From Paludibacter sp. (GTDB lineage: Bacteria > Bacteroidota > Bacteroidia > Bacteroidales > Paludibacteraceae), in contig JAIFKX010000075.1 of the NCBI GenBank assembly GCA_020049335.1, positions 1 to 63,924 of the forward strand: a stretch of 63,924 nucleotides of DNA. The letters are read 5' to 3'. The notes beneath the pieces were generated by a model, which ran no database searches, was not told the origin of the DNA, and saw only the letters and a list, made by a program, of their open reading frames with translations. Shown here piece after piece: positions 61,600 through 63,924 of this stretch; position 1 is the stretch's first letter, and each line of letters begins with the position of its first letter. The translations under genes and the position numbers were made by a program.

Positions 61600-61689
61600 T
61601 TTGACTATGCCGAGTCACGAAAATCAACTATTTAGAATAAATGATTTGAGTAGCAAGAATTTGATAATCAATTACATAATGCAAAATAA

Positions 61690-62478
61690 ATGATACCAAT
61701 ATCAGCAATTGAAGAATGGAGAAGTCATGTGCCATGGCAAACAAACGAACAAGTAGAACAAGATTTGATAATTTGCCGTGCATTGACTGAACTTTTTAAA
61801 GATGAATTTTTAGCAAGTCACTTAGCTTTTCGGGGTGGTACTGCCTTACATAAATTATACCTCTCGCCTCAACCTAGGTACTCTGAGGACATTGATTTAG
61901 TCCAGATAAAAGCTGAGCCAATCAAAGAAACAATTGACAGAATAAGAGAAGTACTCGCTTTTCTGGGAGAACCAAAGGTTAAGCAAAAAGAGAATAATAA
62001 TACGCTTATTTTCCGCTTTGAGTCAGAAATAGCACCGGTAATGCCCATTCGTTTGAAAGTGGAAACGAATTGTAGAGAGCATTTTAGCGTGCTCGGGATT
62101 ACAAAGTTTCCTTTTGCTGTAGAAAGTCAATGGTATAATGGCTCTTGCCAAATAACAACCTATCAACTGGAAGAGTTACTTGGGACGAAACTTCGCGCAC
62201 TATATCAACGAAGAAAAGGGCGTGATTTATTCGACCTATACACGGCCATAATTCAGAAAAATTTGAACTTTGACCAAATACTCTTATGTTATCGGGAATA
62301 CATGAATTTTGTTGTTTCAGCACCACCTACCCAAAAAGAATTTCTACTGAATATGGAACTCAAAATGCAAGATGAAGAATTTCTCGGTGACACAATGATG
62401 TTATTGCGTGATGGAGAAAACTATAATCCACAAAAAGCTTATGAATTGGTCAAAGCAAATCTATTGGTGAAAATTTAA
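61690..62478 (+). CDS. abiEii: Type IV TA toxin AbiEii/AbiGii nucleotidyltransferase
   Basis: QVEQDLII, LAFRGGTALHKLY, RYSEDIDL, TKLRALYQRRKGRDLFDL. Confidence 0.92.
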   Translation: MIPISAIEEWRSHVPWQTNEQVEQDLIICRALTELFKDEFLASHLAFRGGTALHKLYLSPQPRYSEDIDLVQIKAEPIKETIDRIREVLAFLGEPKVKQKENNNTLIFRFESEIAPVMPIRLKVETNCREHFSVLGITKFPFAVESQWYNGSCQITTYQLEELLGTKLRALYQRRKGRDLFDLYTAIIQKNLNFDQILLCYREYMNFVVSAPPTQKEFLLNMELKMQDEEFLGDTMMLLRDGENYNPQKAYELVKANLLVKI

Positions 62479-62560
62479 GCATAAAAGTAATCAATTACTG
62501 GTTGCGGTCGGAATTCGAGATTATGCCTTTCTAATATGCTTTTCAAAACAAATACACTGC

Positions 62561-63065
62561 AACCAAAATATAATATTGAAGGAAAATAAATTCAATTTAG
62601 TTGCGGTGCAAAATCGCCAGAACCACCTACAGCAAAGGCTTTGATGCCCTCCGCAACCGCAACTCCGCAACCAAGGGGTATTTTTGTAATTCTAATGTTA
62701 AACCATATTCCATTCGAGAAAGCAGAAAGGAAATAGGCGGAAAAATAACTGCGAAGAAAGCGGTCAGGTTTTACATGAAAGTAAACTTCAAGCAGTTCCG
62801 CAGGACAAATACTTTATAACCAAAATAGAATATTGAATGAAAATAATTCAGTTTAGTTGCGGTGCAAAGTCGCTAGAACCAGCTACAGTAAAGGCTTTGA
62901 TACCATCCGCAACCGCAACTCCGCAACCAAGGGGTATTTTTGAAATCCTAATGTTAAACCATATTACATTTTAGATAGCAATAAGGAAAAAAAACGGAAA
63001 TTTAACAGCGAAGAAAGCGGTCAGGTTTTACCTGAAAGTAAATTACAGGCAGCTACGCAGGACAA
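62561..63065 (+). repeat. Two imperfect ~250-bp direct repeats (62561-62808, 62818-63065) carrying GTTGCGG/CCGCAAC iterons
   Basis: Shared blocks TTTAGTTGCGGTGCAAA, AAAGGCTTTGAT, CCGCAACCGCAACTCCGCAACCAAGGGGTATTTTTG, CTAATGTTAAACCATATT, GCGAAGAAAGCGGTCAGGTTTTAC at about 256-bp offset. Confidence 0.9.
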
Positions 63066-63924
63066 GTCCCCAGCCTGCAAAAATCCCCACCATTCGTACC
63101 TCATGGCTTGCACGGTCTTTTTGCAGGCTTCCGCACAATCCACCCTGCTGTTGTTTTTTTCTGTCACACTTTTTGCATAAGGCAAAAAAGACGTTTGCAC
63201 TCCAACCGCCACCACCGTGCTGCACTTGCGCCAGAAAAAAAAACAACCCTAAGCTATTATACATAACATGAAGTTATAATCGTTTTTCACCCTGACGGGC
63301 AAGGGATAAGCCTGAAAAAGCTTATAACCTAATTATGTAAAATAGCCGCACAAGAGCAACGCATTTGCCCCGCTTCGCTGCCCGAATACCCAATCGCCCG
63401 AATGGGCAGAGCGGAAAGTAATTACACCTAATCGGTGCGTTATTAAGGCGTACAGCCAATCCGAGAATAAAGCCCCGAAAACCACTTGTGTTTTTTATTG
63501 TAGGTTTATTTCGGGTAGCAATTAAAAAATACAAAAGGTTTTCAAAATAGGGGACAGCAGCCACAAAACATTTTTGTCATTTCAGGGGTTTTTGAAGACC
63601 CCATTCCATGCCAAAAATGCTTTGTGTTAGAAGTTGAGAATGTTGAAAAGTAAGAATAATTTTACGGCAACCATTCAATAAAAAAATATAAAGCCGAATA
63701 CATAAAACTTATTTCCTACTTTCCAACATTCAATACCACAGAATTCCCCACCACCCATCAGTTGTTGCAGAAAAATAAAAACATGCCGGGTTGTTTTATC
63801 TATGTGCTTGCGGTATATGCGTTCCATTCCGGCTGAATTCGTTCCGGTCGGTTTCGTACCTCGACCGAACCAACACTTCATTTCACCTTCATTACAAACA
63901 TACACCTCAGCACCGCACAGCTTC

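Noticed and set aside
62561-63065. Direct repeats as a CRISPR array
   Set aside because: Only two ~250-bp units with similar sequence throughout, no unique spacers and no cas genes
62601-63905. Short ORFs 62601-62819, 63021-63215, 63043-63264, 63322-63564, 63675-63905
   Set aside because: Non-ATG or weak starts, overlap repeats and hairpins, no recognisable motifs

Overview
Bacteroidales (Paludibacter-like) chromosomal window in three parts. (1) 1-9.9 kb is core backbone: a single in-frame carA-carB fused carbamoyl-phosphate synthase (minus strand, runs off the left edge), then DUF6089-like OMP, uppS, bamA, skp, skp, agmatine deiminase and an orphan, probably truncated, minimal nucleotidyltransferase. 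(2) From about 9,986 an integrative element begins, right where a host REP-like repeat is cut off. It carries a tyrosine integrase, a hypothetical protein, two Xis-like HTH proteins, a DUF3987 helicase-like protein, an iteron-rich intergenic region and a Zn-finger/Toprim (DUF6371) primase-like gene. (3) 16.5-59.8 kb is a complete polysaccharide utilization locus for a uronate-containing glycan: GH88, three heparinase II/III-fold lyases (two of them T9SS-secreted paralogs), two GH2, GH31, GH105, three T9SS proteins built from four copies of one uncharacterised ~460-aa beta-helix-like domain, tandem SusC/SusD pairs, a DUF1735 lipoprotein, a deletion-scar chimera and an HTCS regulator. After it come a MITE, an AbiEi/AbiEii pair, and two ~250-bp direct repeats. 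Each repeat contains an exact 27-bp inverted copy of the iteron cluster found 47.7 kb upstream, which suggests a bipartite (P4 ori/crr-like) origin bracketing the PUL cargo. The right end of the element is not evident in the window. I saw no CRISPR array, rRNA or tRNA. All family assignments are from motif recognition by eye, not database searches.
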